DNA of 64,000 nt from Lachnospiraceae bacterium (GCA_022768745.1 JALELK010000107.1:90326-154325); one strand, 5' to 3'. Counted from the stretch's first letter, positions 39,468 to 49,419 are shown. Program-made: numbers and translations. Notes: a model not told the origin generated them from the sequence alone.

Positions 39468-39962
39468 ATGAAAAAAAAAGTTGCATTTTTGGGCGTTTTT
39501 TTAGCACTGGCACTGGTGTGTAGTTATATCGAAAGTCTTATCCCTTTTTATTTCGGTGTTCCTGGAATGAAGTTAGGACTGACCAATATTGTGATTCTTT
39601 TGGTGCTTTACTATGCCGGAATAAAGGATGCCTTTCTCATTTCCATCTGTAGAGTCTTTTTGGCTGGATTTATGTTTGGAAATGGTTTTAGTATCATATA
39701 TAGTCTGGCCGGTGGAATGCTGAGTCTGTTAGTGATGGTTCTTTTAAAACAGACCCGTAAATTTCAGATGGTAACCATCAGTGTGTGTGGCGGCATTTTT
39801 CACAATTTAGGTCAGATTATTGTTGCAGTGTTCGTAGTGGATAATGCCTATTTGTTCAGCTATTTCCCATTACTTTTTGTGGGAGGAGCAATTACAGGAT
39901 TTTTGATAGGGTTGCTGGCAAGAGAAATATATGGCCGGACCTATAAATATTTTAATTTCTAG
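39468..39962 (+). CDS. Gx transporter / EetB-like membrane protein (ECF S-component-like)
   Basis: E..IP...PGMKLGLTN and HNLGQ motifs; multiple transmembrane helices; paired with a NusG-II gene. Confidence 0.87.
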   Translation: MKKKVAFLGVFLALALVCSYIESLIPFYFGVPGMKLGLTNIVILLVLYYAGIKDAFLISICRVFLAGFMFGNGFSIIYSLAGGMLSLLVMVLLKQTRKFQMVTISVCGGIFHNLGQIIVAVFVVDNAYLFSYFPLLFVGGAITGFLIGLLAREIYGRTYKYFNF

Positions 39963-39972
39963 TGGAGGAGAT

Positions 39973-40569
39973 ATGTATTCCTATATTTCAGGAGAGCTGG
40001 TAGAAGTAAATGACGATTTCATTGTGGTTGATAATCACGGCATTGGCTATCGCTTCTTTGTGCCAAAATCTATGGCTTTTCAAATGAATCACATTGGCGA
40101 GCAGATTCGGGTGTATACTTATTTGCATGTGAGAGAAGATGCTATGCAAATGTTTGGATTTCCCACCAAAGAGGAATTGGAAATCTTCAAACTATTGATA
40201 GGTGTCAACGGAATTGGCCCCAAGGGTGCCCTTGCCATCCTCAGTATTATGTCCATTCAGGATTTGAGATTCGCCATTTTATCTGAGGATGCCAAAGCCA
40301 TCGCGGCAGCTCCCGGTGTGGGGGCGAAAACAGCACAGAGAGTCATTATTGATTTGAAGGATAAAATCGATACCTTTGCTGATTTAGGTGAGAGCATTGA
40401 ACTCTCGGATACCAATAACCAGATAAAGACAGAAGTGATAGAGGCAATGACTTCACTGGGATACTCTGCTTCTCAGGCACTTCATGCTATGGAAGGGTTG
40501 GAGATTAATGAAGATTCCAAAGTGGAAGTAGTATTAAAAGAAGTGCTGAAAAAGATGGCATTTTTGTAG
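39973..40569 (+). CDS. ruvA: Holliday junction DNA-binding subunit RuvA
   Basis: HVREDA, VNGIGPKGA and PGVGAKTAQR motifs; start after GGAGGAG. Confidence 0.96.
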   Translation: MYSYISGELVEVNDDFIVVDNHGIGYRFFVPKSMAFQMNHIGEQIRVYTYLHVREDAMQMFGFPTKEELEIFKLLIGVNGIGPKGALAILSIMSIQDLRFAILSEDAKAIAAAPGVGAKTAQRVIIDLKDKIDTFADLGESIELSDTNNQIKTEVIEAMTSLGYSASQALHAMEGLEINEDSKVEVVLKEVLKKMAFL

Positions 40570-40578
40570 GAGTTATTT

Positions 40579-41574
40579 ATGGAAAAACGTGTGATAACCA
40601 CAGAAATATTAAAAGAAGATGCAATTGTAGAACCTTCTTTGCGACCTCAGACCTTAGATGAATATATTGGTCAGGAGAGAGCAAAGGAAAATTTAAAGGT
40701 ATATATTGAGGCGGCAAAAAAGAGAAATGAAGCCTTGGATCACTGTCTGTTTTACGGACCTCCGGGACTGGGAAAGACAACTCTTGCCTGTATCATTGCC
40801 AATGAGATGGGTTCCAATATTAAAATTACTTCCGGACCGGCCATTGCAAAAACCGGGGATATGGCCTCCATACTCTCAAATTTGAGGGAAGGAGATGTTT
40901 TATTTATTGATGAAATTCATCGTTTAAATAAACAGGTGGAAGAGTTTTTATACACAGCTATGGAAGATTATGCCATGGATGTTTTGATTGGAAAGGAAAA
41001 TTCTGCAAAATCTGTCCGGATTGAACTGCCGAGGTATACTTTGGTAGGGGCAACGACGAGAGCCGGACTTTTATCGGCACCCCTCAGAGATCGTTTTGGT
41101 GTGGTTTCTCATTTGGAATATTACACTCCGGAGGAGTTAAAAACCATTGTTGTAAAATCTGCTGAGAAGTTACAAATGCAAATGGATGAGGAAGGAGCCT
41201 ATGAATTGGCGAGACGTTCCAGAGGCACCCCGCGAATTGCAAACCGATTCTTAAAGAGGGTGAGAGATTTCGCTGAAGTGAAGTATAACGGAGTGGTGAC
41301 AAAAGAAGTGGCGGCTGCAGCCTTAGATCTTTTGGATATTGATTCGGTTGGTTTGGACCACAATGACAGAAAAACTCTGGAGAGTATTATCTTTAAATTT
41401 GATGGTGGTCCTGTGGGATTGGATACTTTGGCGGCTTCCATCGGAGAGGACGCAGGTACTATAGAAGATGTAATAGAGCCGTTTTTGGTTATGAACGGAT
41501 TTATTATGAGAACACCAAAGGGACGGGTGGCTACGGATTTGGCATATTCGCATTTGGGAGTGAGGAAAGAATAA
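40579..41574 (+). CDS. ruvB: Holliday junction branch-migration helicase RuvB
   Basis: [25 protein letters not shown] and PLRDRFG motifs. Confidence 0.98.
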   Translation: MEKRVITTEILKEDAIVEPSLRPQTLDEYIGQERAKENLKVYIEAAKKRNEALDHCLFYGPPGLGKTTLACIIANEMGSNIKITSGPAIAKTGDMASILSNLREGDVLFIDEIHRLNKQVEEFLYTAMEDYAMDVLIGKENSAKSVRIELPRYTLVGATTRAGLLSAPLRDRFGVVSHLEYYTPEELKTIVVKSAEKLQMQMDEEGAYELARRSRGTPRIANRFLKRVRDFAEVKYNGVVTKEVAAAALDLLDIDSVGLDHNDRKTLESIIFKFDGGPVGLDTLAASIGEDAGTIEDVIEPFLVMNGFIMRTPKGRVATDLAYSHLGVRKE

Positions 41575-41646
41575 CTTTTTAGTTGTTTTTCTTTCCGTTA
41601 CTGGATATAATGAATATGTTGTATAGGACACAGGAGGAAGCTTTTT

Positions 41647-42069
41647 ATGACTGCAAAGAAAAGCGCTGAGGTAATTATAGATGGGAAAGTATATACCTTA
41701 AGCGGATATGAAGAAGAAGGATATCTGCAGAAGGTTGGTACATACATTAACAGCAAGATTGGTGAGTTTGCTGAAATGGACGAGTTTCGTAATCTCTCGG
41801 TGGATACCAGACATACTTTGATAGAATTAAACATTGCAGATGATTATTTTAAAGCGAAAGAGTCTGTGGAAAAACTAGAGCTGGATATGGAGCAAAAAGA
41901 AAAAGAAATCTATGATTTAAAACATGATTTGATTGCTGATCAGTTAAAAATTGAAGATTTGGAAGAAAGATTGAAGTCATTGGAGACAGAAAACAAAGAG
42001 TTGTCGATGCAAAAGTCAAAACTTGAAGCGTCCCTGGAGGATGCGCTGTTAGGTGATATTTCAAATTAA
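41647..42069 (+). CDS. zapA: Cell division protein ZapA
   Basis: I.GK.YTL...YLQKV..YIN.KI and LNIADDY followed by a coiled coil; a TTGTTT-17-TATAAT promoter lies at 41583-41611. Confidence 0.85.
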   Translation: MTAKKSAEVIIDGKVYTLSGYEEEGYLQKVGTYINSKIGEFAEMDEFRNLSVDTRHTLIELNIADDYFKAKESVEKLELDMEQKEKEIYDLKHDLIADQLKIEDLEERLKSLETENKELSMQKSKLEASLEDALLGDISN

Positions 42070-42073
42070 TGAT

Positions 42074-42102
42074 TGGGGACAGCAAGCACTGTCCCTATTT
42101 TT
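42074..42102 (+). terminator. Terminator after zapA
   Basis: TGGGGACAG-caagca-CTGTCCCTA followed by T5. Confidence 0.65.
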
Positions 42103-42129
42103 ATGGTTTAAATGCAATAAGGATTGGAT

Positions 42130-44301
42130 ATGAGAAAAAAAGAATTGGAATTGCTTTCTCCGGCAGGAAATTTGGAGATATTTAAAGGCGTAATTAATGC
42201 AGGGGCAGATGCGGTTTATTTTGGCGGAGAATTATTTGGCGCCAGAGCCTATGCAAAAAATTTTACCATGGACGAGGCAAAAGAGGCTATTTTGTATGCT
42301 CATTTATTTGGAAAAAAGGCTTATCTGACGGTAAATACCCTGATAAAAAATAGAGAAATGGAAAAACAATTATATTCCTACTTGAAAGAATATTATGAAG
42401 CGGGAATAGATGCTATTATTGTTCAGGATTTAGGGGTTTTTCAGTTTGCAAGGACTTATTTTCCGGAGTTGCCCATTCATGCCAGTACCCAGATGACCAT
42501 AGCAAATGCCAATGGAGCAAAATGGATTCAAAATCTGGGGGCTACCAGAGTAGTTACATCCAGAGAGATATCAATTCCTGAAATTCAGGGGATTTATCAG
42601 AACACCGGTATGGAAATAGAGACCTTTGTACACGGAGCACTATGTGTGTCTTACTCCGGTCAATGCCTGATGAGCAGTATGCTAGGAGGAAGAAGTGGAA
42701 ACCGTGGAAGATGTGCCCAACCCTGTCGTTTACCCTATGATTTGTTAGACGCTAAGAAGAAACAAATGCAGACCAGAGGAAAGTATTTACTGAGTCCCAA
42801 GGATTTGTGTGGAATTGAACATATCAAAGAGATGGCAGATGCAGGTGTCTACAGTTTTAAGATTGAAGGACGTATGAAACAGTATGCCTATGCCACCGGT
42901 GTGGTCTCTATGTATCGCAAATATATGGATGCATATCTGGAAGACAAGGATTTAAAAGTTACACCGGAGGATAAAAAGAGACTTTTGGATATGGGAAACC
43001 GCTGTGGCTTTACGGATTTATATTTTCATAAACAAAATGGTCCTGAGATGATTACTTTTGATAAACCATCTCACGAGAAAGAGGATTCCTCTCCGCAGGT
43101 GTTTGAAAAAAAGATTCCGTTGATTGCCAATTTTACCGCCAAAGAAAGGGAGCCGATTCAACTGGAAATATCGGACAGACAGGAAAGATGCAGTATCTGT
43201 GTTAAGGGTGATATTGCTGAAAAGGCCAGCAATCGACCTACAGATGAGACGATGGTTCGGGAGAAAATAAATAAAACAGGTGGGACACCTTTTGTTTTTG
43301 AGGAAATCAATTGTCAGATGCAATCCGATTTATTTTTGCCGATTAAAAATTTGACGGAACTTAGAAGACAGGCCTTAGAGGCATATTGTGAGCAAGTAAA
43401 AAAAGAACATCAGTATCCAAAGGCAAAGGAATATAAAAAGGTCGAGTTTTTGGAGAGGACGGAAAAAGAAAAGAGTCCGGGAAAGGTTATGGTTTCCTGC
43501 AGGGATTTGAGACAGTTTCAACTGGCTTGTGATTGGGACAGAGCAAATGAAATCGCACTTTCCTTTGAGGCGGTTATAAATAGTTCTGATGAATTTAAAC
43601 GGGTTCTTCAATACGGAAAAGACAAAGAGAAGAGCATATATATAGCATTGCCTATTATTTGTCGACAAAATGTAATTGATTTATTGGATAAAAACCGTCA
43701 TATCTTTGATATGCAACAGGTTGACGGAGTCATTGCCAGTTCCTTAGACGAGCTTGGTTATTTGGAGAAAATCAATTACCCAAAGGAGCGCATCCAATTA
43801 GACCATAGAATTTATACATTTTCCAATGAGGCTATTTGGTGTTTGGAAACGGCGGGATACCATCGGTTTTGTGTCCCCCTGGAGTTAAACAGAAAAGAAC
43901 TGCTGCATCGGGAAAATACAAGTTCACAGATGCTGGTTTATGGAAGAGTACCTTTGATGATAACGGCGAATTGTCAAAAGAAAAATGCTTTAGGTTGTGA
44001 CAGAAAATCTGAAGTATTATTTCTCCAGGATCGTTATAAAGAGATTTTTCCGGTTAAAAATGTATGTTCTTTTTGCTATAATGAAATTTACAATAGTAAA
44101 ATTTACAATGTAATTTCTGAGATGTCAGAGATAAGAAAAATGGGATTTTTTGAGTATCGTCTTGACTTTACTTTAGAATCCTTGGAAGAAATGAAAAAAA
44201 TCATCAAGGAATTTGATGGATACACTGACCAAAAAGGAATGGATGCCAATGATAAGCAGAGCATTTATACGAAAGGTCATTATAAACGAGGAGTGGAATA
44301 A
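42130..44301 (+). CDS. U32 peptidase-family protein (long form, RlhA-like RNA hydroxylation candidate)
   Basis: ELLSPAG, HASTQM, HGALC.SYSG.C, NRG.CAQPCR, KIEGRMK and a TKGHY.RGVE C-terminus. Confidence 0.9.
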   Translation: MRKKELELLSPAGNLEIFKGVINAGADAVYFGGELFGARAYAKNFTMDEAKEAILYAHLFGKKAYLTVNTLIKNREMEKQLYSYLKEYYEAGIDAIIVQDLGVFQFARTYFPELPIHASTQMTIANANGAKWIQNLGATRVVTSREISIPEIQGIYQNTGMEIETFVHGALCVSYSGQCLMSSMLGGRSGNRGRCAQPCRLPYDLLDAKKKQMQTRGKYLLSPKDLCGIEHIKEMADAGVYSFKIEGRMKQYAYATGVVSMYRKYMDAYLEDKDLKVTPEDKKRLLDMGNRCGFTDLYFHKQNGPEMITFDKPSHEKEDSSPQVFEKKIPLIANFTAKEREPIQLEISDRQERCSICVKGDIAEKASNRPTDETMVREKINKTGGTPFVFEEINCQMQSDLFLPIKNLTELRRQALEAYCEQVKKEHQYPKAKEYKKVEFLERTEKEKSPGKVMVSCRDLRQFQLACDWDRANEIALSFEAVINSSDEFKRVLQYGKDKEKSIYIALPIICRQNVIDLLDKNRHIFDMQQVDGVIASSLDELGYLEKINYPKERIQLDHRIYTFSNEAIWCLETAGYHRFCVPLELNRKELLHRENTSSQMLVYGRVPLMITANCQKKNALGCDRKSEVLFLQDRYKEIFPVKNVCSFCYNEIYNSKIYNVISEMSEIRKMGFFEYRLDFTLESLEEMKKIIKEFDGYTDQKGMDANDKQSIYTKGHYKRGVE

Positions 44302-45659
44302 TGGTTCATATCATTGCTTCGGCAAGTCGATTTTCGCTCATAATTTTTATAGCGATTTATACTTATTATTGTTTTGCTGCTTTAAAGAGTAATATTTCCT
44401 ATGCAAGACAAGAGAGACTTTACAAAAAACAGACAACCCTTATGTATGGGATTTTGGTGAATGGAAATCTGGTACTTTTTGTTGTATATCAGGATATACG
44501 CATCTTAGGACTGATGATATGCGAGATTTTGCTTTTTATCATCACTTTGCTGATTTACAAGCATATTTACGAAAATGCCTCAAAATCTTTGGTAAATAAC
44601 ATGTGTATGCTACTTACCATTAGTTTTATTATTCTTACCAGATTGGATATTGAAAAGGCAATCAAACAGTTTATTTTTGCCGCAGTTGCTGTGGTGATTA
44701 CCTGTTTTATTCCTCTTTTGGTGGCAAAACTCAAAGTGTGGAATAAACTTCGCTTTTTGTATGGGGTGATTGGTATTGCCGGATTGTCCTTTGTTCTGGT
44801 GGCAGCTTCCACCACCTATGGTGCAAAACTAAGTATTTCCATTGGGCCGGTAGTATTGCAACCATCAGAATTTATCAAGATCATTTTTATCTTTTTTTCA
44901 GCCTGTATGTTGCAGGAGACCACAGAGTTTTCTCATATAGTTAAGACCACAGTGATAGCTGCTTTACATGTATTGATTTTGGTGGCATCCAGAGATTTAG
45001 GTGGAGCTTTGATTTATCTGGTGACTTACCTGGTGATGCTTTATGTGGCAACGCGCAAGCCAATCTATATGTTTTTAGGTGTTGCGTCCGGCGCACTGGC
45101 TTCTGTGGTGGCATATCATTTGTTTGACCATGTAAAAGACCGTGTGATTGCCTGGAAGGATCCTTTAAGCGTTATTGATGATCAGGGATACCAAATCAGT
45201 CAATCCCTGTTTGCCATTGGCTCCGGAGGATGGTTCGGCACAGGCCTGGGGCTTGGAATGCCAAATAAAATTCCTGTGGTAACCACAGACTTTGTGTTTG
45301 CAGCCATTTCAGAGGAGATGGGGGCAGTTTTTGCCATCTGTATTATTTTTATCTGTATCAGCTGCTTTTTGATGTTTTTTAATATTTCAATGCAAATTAA
45401 GGATTACTTCTATAAATTGATTGCACTTGGAATCGGAACTTTGTATGGAACACAGACTTTTTTGGCTCTTGGAGGTGTCACAAAGTTTATTCCATCCACA
45501 GGAGTAACCCTGCCACTGGTTAGCTATGGCGGAAGTTCCCTATTGAGCACAATCATTCTTTTTGCCATAATTCAGGGACTCTATGTGCTACAGTTTGATG
45601 AAGGAGAAGATGATGAAGAAGTTGGACAGCCATCAAAGAAACGAAGACAAAGAAGTTGA
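44301..45659 (+). CDS. SEDS family glycosyltransferase (FtsW/RodA/SpoVE)
   Basis: QPSEFIK, DLG, TDFVF..I.EE.G and PLVSYGGSS motifs. Confidence 0.93.
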   Translation: MVHIIASASRFSLIIFIAIYTYYCFAALKSNISYARQERLYKKQTTLMYGILVNGNLVLFVVYQDIRILGLMICEILLFIITLLIYKHIYENASKSLVNNMCMLLTISFIILTRLDIEKAIKQFIFAAVAVVITCFIPLLVAKLKVWNKLRFLYGVIGIAGLSFVLVAASTTYGAKLSISIGPVVLQPSEFIKIIFIFFSACMLQETTEFSHIVKTTVIAALHVLILVASRDLGGALIYLVTYLVMLYVATRKPIYMFLGVASGALASVVAYHLFDHVKDRVIAWKDPLSVIDDQGYQISQSLFAIGSGGWFGTGLGLGMPNKIPVVTTDFVFAAISEEMGAVFAICIIFICISCFLMFFNISMQIKDYFYKLIALGIGTLYGTQTFLALGGVTKFIPSTGVTLPLVSYGGSSLLSTIILFAIIQGLYVLQFDEGEDDEEVGQPSKKRRQRS

Positions 45660-47151
45660 AATTATGGATTTCAACCAAAAATCTTCCAATAGACGCAAAA
45701 GAGAGATAAAACAGTCCCAAAAACAGAAAAAAAAGAAGCGCAGGAGCGTGAATAAGGAATTTGCCATAGTCACCTATGTCTTCTTGCTGCTTTTTATTGG
45801 GATGACAGGATATTTCATCTATTTTATTCAGGTGAAAAGTGATGATTTTATCAATAATTCCTATAATGCCAGATTAAATCAGTTACAGAATTACTCTATC
45901 CGGGGAAATATTCTGGCAGATGACGGTTCTGTTTTGGCACAAACCACAGTAAATGAAGATGGAAGTGAAACCAGGTCCTATCCCTATGGTTCAGTATTTG
46001 CTCATGCGGTAGGATATTCCATTAACGGAATGTCCGGTGCAGAACTGGATGCCAATTATTATCTTCTGACGTCCAATTCATTTATATTGACCCGCCTGGC
46101 AAATCAGGTGTTGGATAAAAAAAATCAGGGAGATGATGTGGTAACCACATTGAATGTAGGACTTCAACAGGCTTGTTACAATGCTCTCGGAAGTAACGAG
46201 GGGGCAGCTATTTGTATCGAACCTTCCACCGGTAAAATTCTGGCTATGGTTTCAAAACCGGATTATGATCCCAACACCATAGGCGCCAACTGGGATAGCT
46301 ATGTGGCTGAGGATTCCGATTCGACGGTACTTTTGAACCGGGCTACCCAAGGGCTTTACGCACCGGGATCCACCTTTAAAATTGTGACTCTGTTATCACA
46401 TTTACAGCAGAATAAAAGTGAGGAGTTCCAGTTTAACTGCACCGGAGCATTTGAATATCAGAATTATACGATGCATTGTTTTAACGGGAAGAGCCATGGG
46501 GAGGAAAACTTGTTGTCTGCCTTTGGAAACTCATGCAATTGTGCCTTTTCCCAAATTGGTTTAGGACTTGATATAAAGACTTTTGACAAACTTTGTGATA
46601 AACTTCTATTTAATAAAAAGTTACCAACACAGTTGAATGATACTGCAAAGAGTAGAATGACACTTAGCGAAGAGGATGGGTCTGCCCTGGTAATGCAAAC
46701 AGCCATTGGTCAGGGAAATACCATGGTTTCTCCTTTGCACATGGCTATGATTGCATCCGCCATCGCAAATAAGGGGACCTTAATGAAACCGTATCTTTTG
46801 GATTATACCCAAAATGAAAGCGGAACCATAACAAAGCGTTTTTCCAGTGAATCCTATGGAAGTCTTATGTCCGATGAAGATGCAGCTACGCTGCAACAAT
46901 ATATGCGATATGTTGTGACAAACGGTACGGCTACGCCGCTTATGAGTGAACAGTATGAAGTCTATGGAAAAACCGGAACCGCTGAATTCGGCACGGACAA
47001 ATCCAGGGACCACTCCTGGTTTGTGGGATTTGCTAAAGATGCAAATGGAAAAGATATTGCCATTGCTGTAGTAATGGAGGGGGTATCTGCCGGAGATTCC
47101 CATGCAGTGCCGGTGACAAGGCAAATTCTGGATGCCTACTTTGGTATGTAG
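45613..47151 (+). CDS. Class B penicillin-binding protein (PbpA-like)
   Basis: RGNI, R.YPYG, PGSTFK (SxxK), SCN and KTGT motifs; start placed after AAGGAG at 45601. Confidence 0.92.
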   Translation: MKKLDSHQRNEDKEVEIMDFNQKSSNRRKREIKQSQKQKKKKRRSVNKEFAIVTYVFLLLFIGMTGYFIYFIQVKSDDFINNSYNARLNQLQNYSIRGNILADDGSVLAQTTVNEDGSETRSYPYGSVFAHAVGYSINGMSGAELDANYYLLTSNSFILTRLANQVLDKKNQGDDVVTTLNVGLQQACYNALGSNEGAAICIEPSTGKILAMVSKPDYDPNTIGANWDSYVAEDSDSTVLLNRATQGLYAPGSTFKIVTLLSHLQQNKSEEFQFNCTGAFEYQNYTMHCFNGKSHGEENLLSAFGNSCNCAFSQIGLGLDIKTFDKLCDKLLFNKKLPTQLNDTAKSRMTLSEEDGSALVMQTAIGQGNTMVSPLHMAMIASAIANKGTLMKPYLLDYTQNESGTITKRFSSESYGSLMSDEDAATLQQYMRYVVTNGTATPLMSEQYEVYGKTGTAEFGTDKSRDHSWFVGFAKDANGKDIAIAVVMEGVSAGDSHAVPVTRQILDAYFGM

Positions 47152-47171
47152 AATCAGAAATAGGAGATGAT

Positions 47172-47504
47172 ATGAATTGGTACCATTTTTTATATGTAAG
47201 TGAAAATCTGCCAAATAACATCAAATCTATTCGTTGGATGGTGGAACACAGAATTCATCTGAAACCATTATATTTGATTGTTATCTCAGAAATTCCGGAT
47301 GGACAGTTGGAGATTATACCGGCATCCACTTTGAAATTACCGTTTTTTAAAAAACAGACGCTTAATATTATAGGAGTGGCGAAGGGGCGTTATCACGCCA
47401 GAACTTTGGTGGAGACCATTATAAAAGAGGTCTTTGAAAAAACCGGAGACTGTGACGCTAAGTCTTACTTTGAACCATATTTTAAAGAGGAAAAAGGAGA
47501 GTAG
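47172..47504 (+). CDS. Hypothetical protein
   Basis: AGGAG ribosome-binding site and operon position; no family recognised. Confidence 0.75.
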   Translation: MNWYHFLYVSENLPNNIKSIRWMVEHRIHLKPLYLIVISEIPDGQLEIIPASTLKLPFFKKQTLNIIGVAKGRYHARTLVETIIKEVFEKTGDCDAKSYFEPYFKEEKGE

Positions 47505-47505
47505 A

Positions 47506-48384
47506 ATGGCAATTTTTCTTTCAATCTTAAAAGTGCTGGGACTGATCTTGCTATGGATACTGATTGTTTTAGCGGTATTGCTTTGCTATCTGCTTTTTTT
47601 GCCCATACATTATGATTTTGCGGTAAAGAATCAAGAGGAACATTCGTTGGAAATAAAACTGAGAGCCTGTGGATTTATAAAGTTTTGGCAGATAGCATTT
47701 CAAAAAGAAGAGGAAGACTTTGAGTTTCATGTGTCAGCTTTTTGGGGGAAACTTCTTCTTTTTCCGAGGAAAAAGAAAGAAATCCAAAAGACAGATCCGG
47801 CGAATGAGGAGATAGAATCAGGTACGAATAAACCCCTAAAGGCAACAACTGAGATTTTGGACGAAGAGGATGTGGCAGATATTTTAGAAGACAGAGATGT
47901 TTTGCCACTGCCGGAGAGCAAACCGGACAATCACAAAACTTCTTCCGCACCAAATAAAGGGAAGAAAAAAAACGTTGGAGAGAAATCTGCTAAAAAAGCA
48001 AACAAGAAGAATAAGTTTAAGTCTGATAAATTTTCTTTTGGAGAATTTCATAAAAAATGGAAAGATGAACATAATAAGAGTGCGGTGCAGTTCATTATAA
48101 AAAAAGTTTTGTGGATTATAAATAAAACAAAGCCAAAGGTTTTAAATGCAAATGCGGAATTTTCTCTGGGGGATCCGGCACTGACCGGAGGTGCCACCGG
48201 AATTATCAGTTTATGTCCGGCATGTTATGGGAAAAAAACAAAGATATATCCTGACTTTGAAAGTGATGATATCTATTTTAAGGGATGGATTCAGATAAAA
48301 GGAATTGTATTTTTTATGCATTTCGTTTATCTTATAGGTAGTGTATTTTTTAATAAAGATTGTCGAAATCTAATCAAGAAATAA
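47506..48384 (+). CDS. DUF2953 (YtfI-like) membrane protein
   Basis: N-terminal transmembrane segment and F.LGDPA.TG...G...PDF motif; directly upstream of a ytfJ-like gene. Confidence 0.8.
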   Translation: MAIFLSILKVLGLILLWILIVLAVLLCYLLFLPIHYDFAVKNQEEHSLEIKLRACGFIKFWQIAFQKEEEDFEFHVSAFWGKLLLFPRKKKEIQKTDPANEEIESGTNKPLKATTEILDEEDVADILEDRDVLPLPESKPDNHKTSSAPNKGKKKNVGEKSAKKANKKNKFKSDKFSFGEFHKKWKDEHNKSAVQFIIKKVLWIINKTKPKVLNANAEFSLGDPALTGGATGIISLCPACYGKKTKIYPDFESDDIYFKGWIQIKGIVFFMHFVYLIGSVFFNKDCRNLIKK

Positions 48385-48399
48385 TATATGGAGGGCAAT

Positions 48400-48861
48400 A
48401 TGGATAAAAAGAATGAAGTGTTTAATGACACGGTAAACTCTCTGTTTCAAGGAATGGACGGTTTTGTATCTACAAAAACAGTGGTTGGAGATGCGATTCA
48501 TATAGGAGATACCATTATTGTACCTCTGGTTAACGTTACATTTGGAGTGGCTGCCGGTGCGTTTAAAGATGAAAAGAAGATAAACAGTGGCGGTGGATTA
48601 GGGGGAAAACTTTCGCCGAGTGCTGTTTTGGTGATTCATAATGGTGTGACCAGGATGATTAGCGTGGACCGCAACTCCGGAATCGAAAAGATTTTAGATA
48701 TGATTCCTGACTTCGTTGATAAGTTCACCAGTCGAAAGGAAGGAAAGAAACAGGATCCGGAAGCAAGACAGCAGGCGGCACAGGAAATGGAAGAGATGCT
48801 GAACGAGGCGGTAAATGTCACTGAGGAAGAAGTGACAGTAACGGCAGAGAAAACAGAATAA
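48400..48861 (+). CDS. GerW/YtfJ family sporulation protein
   Basis: KTVVGDAI...IVPL..V.FG and GGG.G...P.A.LVI motifs. Confidence 0.88.
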   Translation: MDKKNEVFNDTVNSLFQGMDGFVSTKTVVGDAIHIGDTIIVPLVNVTFGVAAGAFKDEKKINSGGGLGGKLSPSAVLVIHNGVTRMISVDRNSGIEKILDMIPDFVDKFTSRKEGKKQDPEARQQAAQEMEEMLNEAVNVTEEEVTVTAEKTE

Positions 48862-48901
48862 TCGATAATAGGAAAACCGATATTTGATTCTTAGGAGAGA
48901 T

Positions 48902-48939
48902 GGGGTGGCACTAAAAGAGTAATCTTTTGATGCCACCTT
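48902..48939 (+). terminator. Hairpin after the ytfJ-like gene (possible terminator)
   Basis: GGGGTGGCA..AAAAGA-gtaa-TCTTTT..TGCCACCTT; the U tract is weak. Confidence 0.5.
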
Positions 48940-49000
48940 AATTCATATTATCCCCCAAATTTTATATATTGAGATAAGAGGGAAAATGAAATGGTGGACC

Positions 49001-49141
49001 ATGAAAAGAGTGGTAGGTCTCATTATGTTTTTTATCGGTGTTGGAATTCTTCTTGGAATTTGGATTAGCCAGGATTGGATAAAACTATGTCTGGCAGTAG
49101 GATTGATGTGTTGTGGTTTTCGACTGTTTTGCTGTAAATAA
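49001..49141 (+). CDS. Small Cys-rich two-helix membrane protein (46 aa, absent from the ORF track)
   Basis: Translates as MKRVVGLIMFFIGVGILLGIWISQDWIKLCLAVGLMCCGFRLFCCK*. An alternative in-frame ATG lies at 48986 after GAGGG, and the ORF stops at a terminator. Confidence 0.7.
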   Translation: MKRVVGLIMFFIGVGILLGIWISQDWIKLCLAVGLMCCGFRLFCCK

Positions 49142-49171
49142 AAAAAGGAACTGTCTTACGACAATTCCTTT
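49141..49171. terminator. Terminator between the small ORF and rpmB
   Basis: AAAGGAAcTGTC-ttac-GACAaTTCCTTT; the flanking A tract gives a U tract for the minus strand. Confidence 0.7.
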
Positions 49172-49175
49172 GTGA

Positions 49176-49361
49176 TTAGATTCGCTCAACTTTTCCTGAA
49201 CGTAAGCAAGATGTACAAACATACAACTTCTTAGGTGTTCCGTTAACACTACATTTAACAGATTTAATATTTGATTTCCACATTCTGTTTGATCTTCTAT
49301 GAGAATGGCTCACATTATTTCCGAAATGAGCTCCTTTTCCACAAACTGCACATTTAGCCAT
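49176..49361 (-). CDS. rpmB: 50S ribosomal protein L28 (Cys-containing form)
   Basis: CAVCGK...GNNVSHS...VCTSCLRSGKV. Confidence 0.98.
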   Translation of the reverse strand: MAKCAVCGKGAHFGNNVSHSHRRSNRMWKSNIKSVKCSVNGTPKKLYVCTSCLRSGKVERI

Positions 49362-49419
49362 GATTGCACCTCCCTTGGATTATGGTATTCGTGTTCCGTT
49401 ACAAAATCGCAACACGGAT

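Noticed and set aside
35794-42123. 6S RNA expected near zapA or the 5-formyl-THF cyclo-ligase gene
   Set aside because: The flanking intergenic gaps are under about 75 bp, too short for 6S RNA.
48361-48367. Spo0A box TGTCGAA upstream of the ytfJ-like gene
   Set aside because: A single 7-mer inside a coding sequence is expected by chance in 64 kb.
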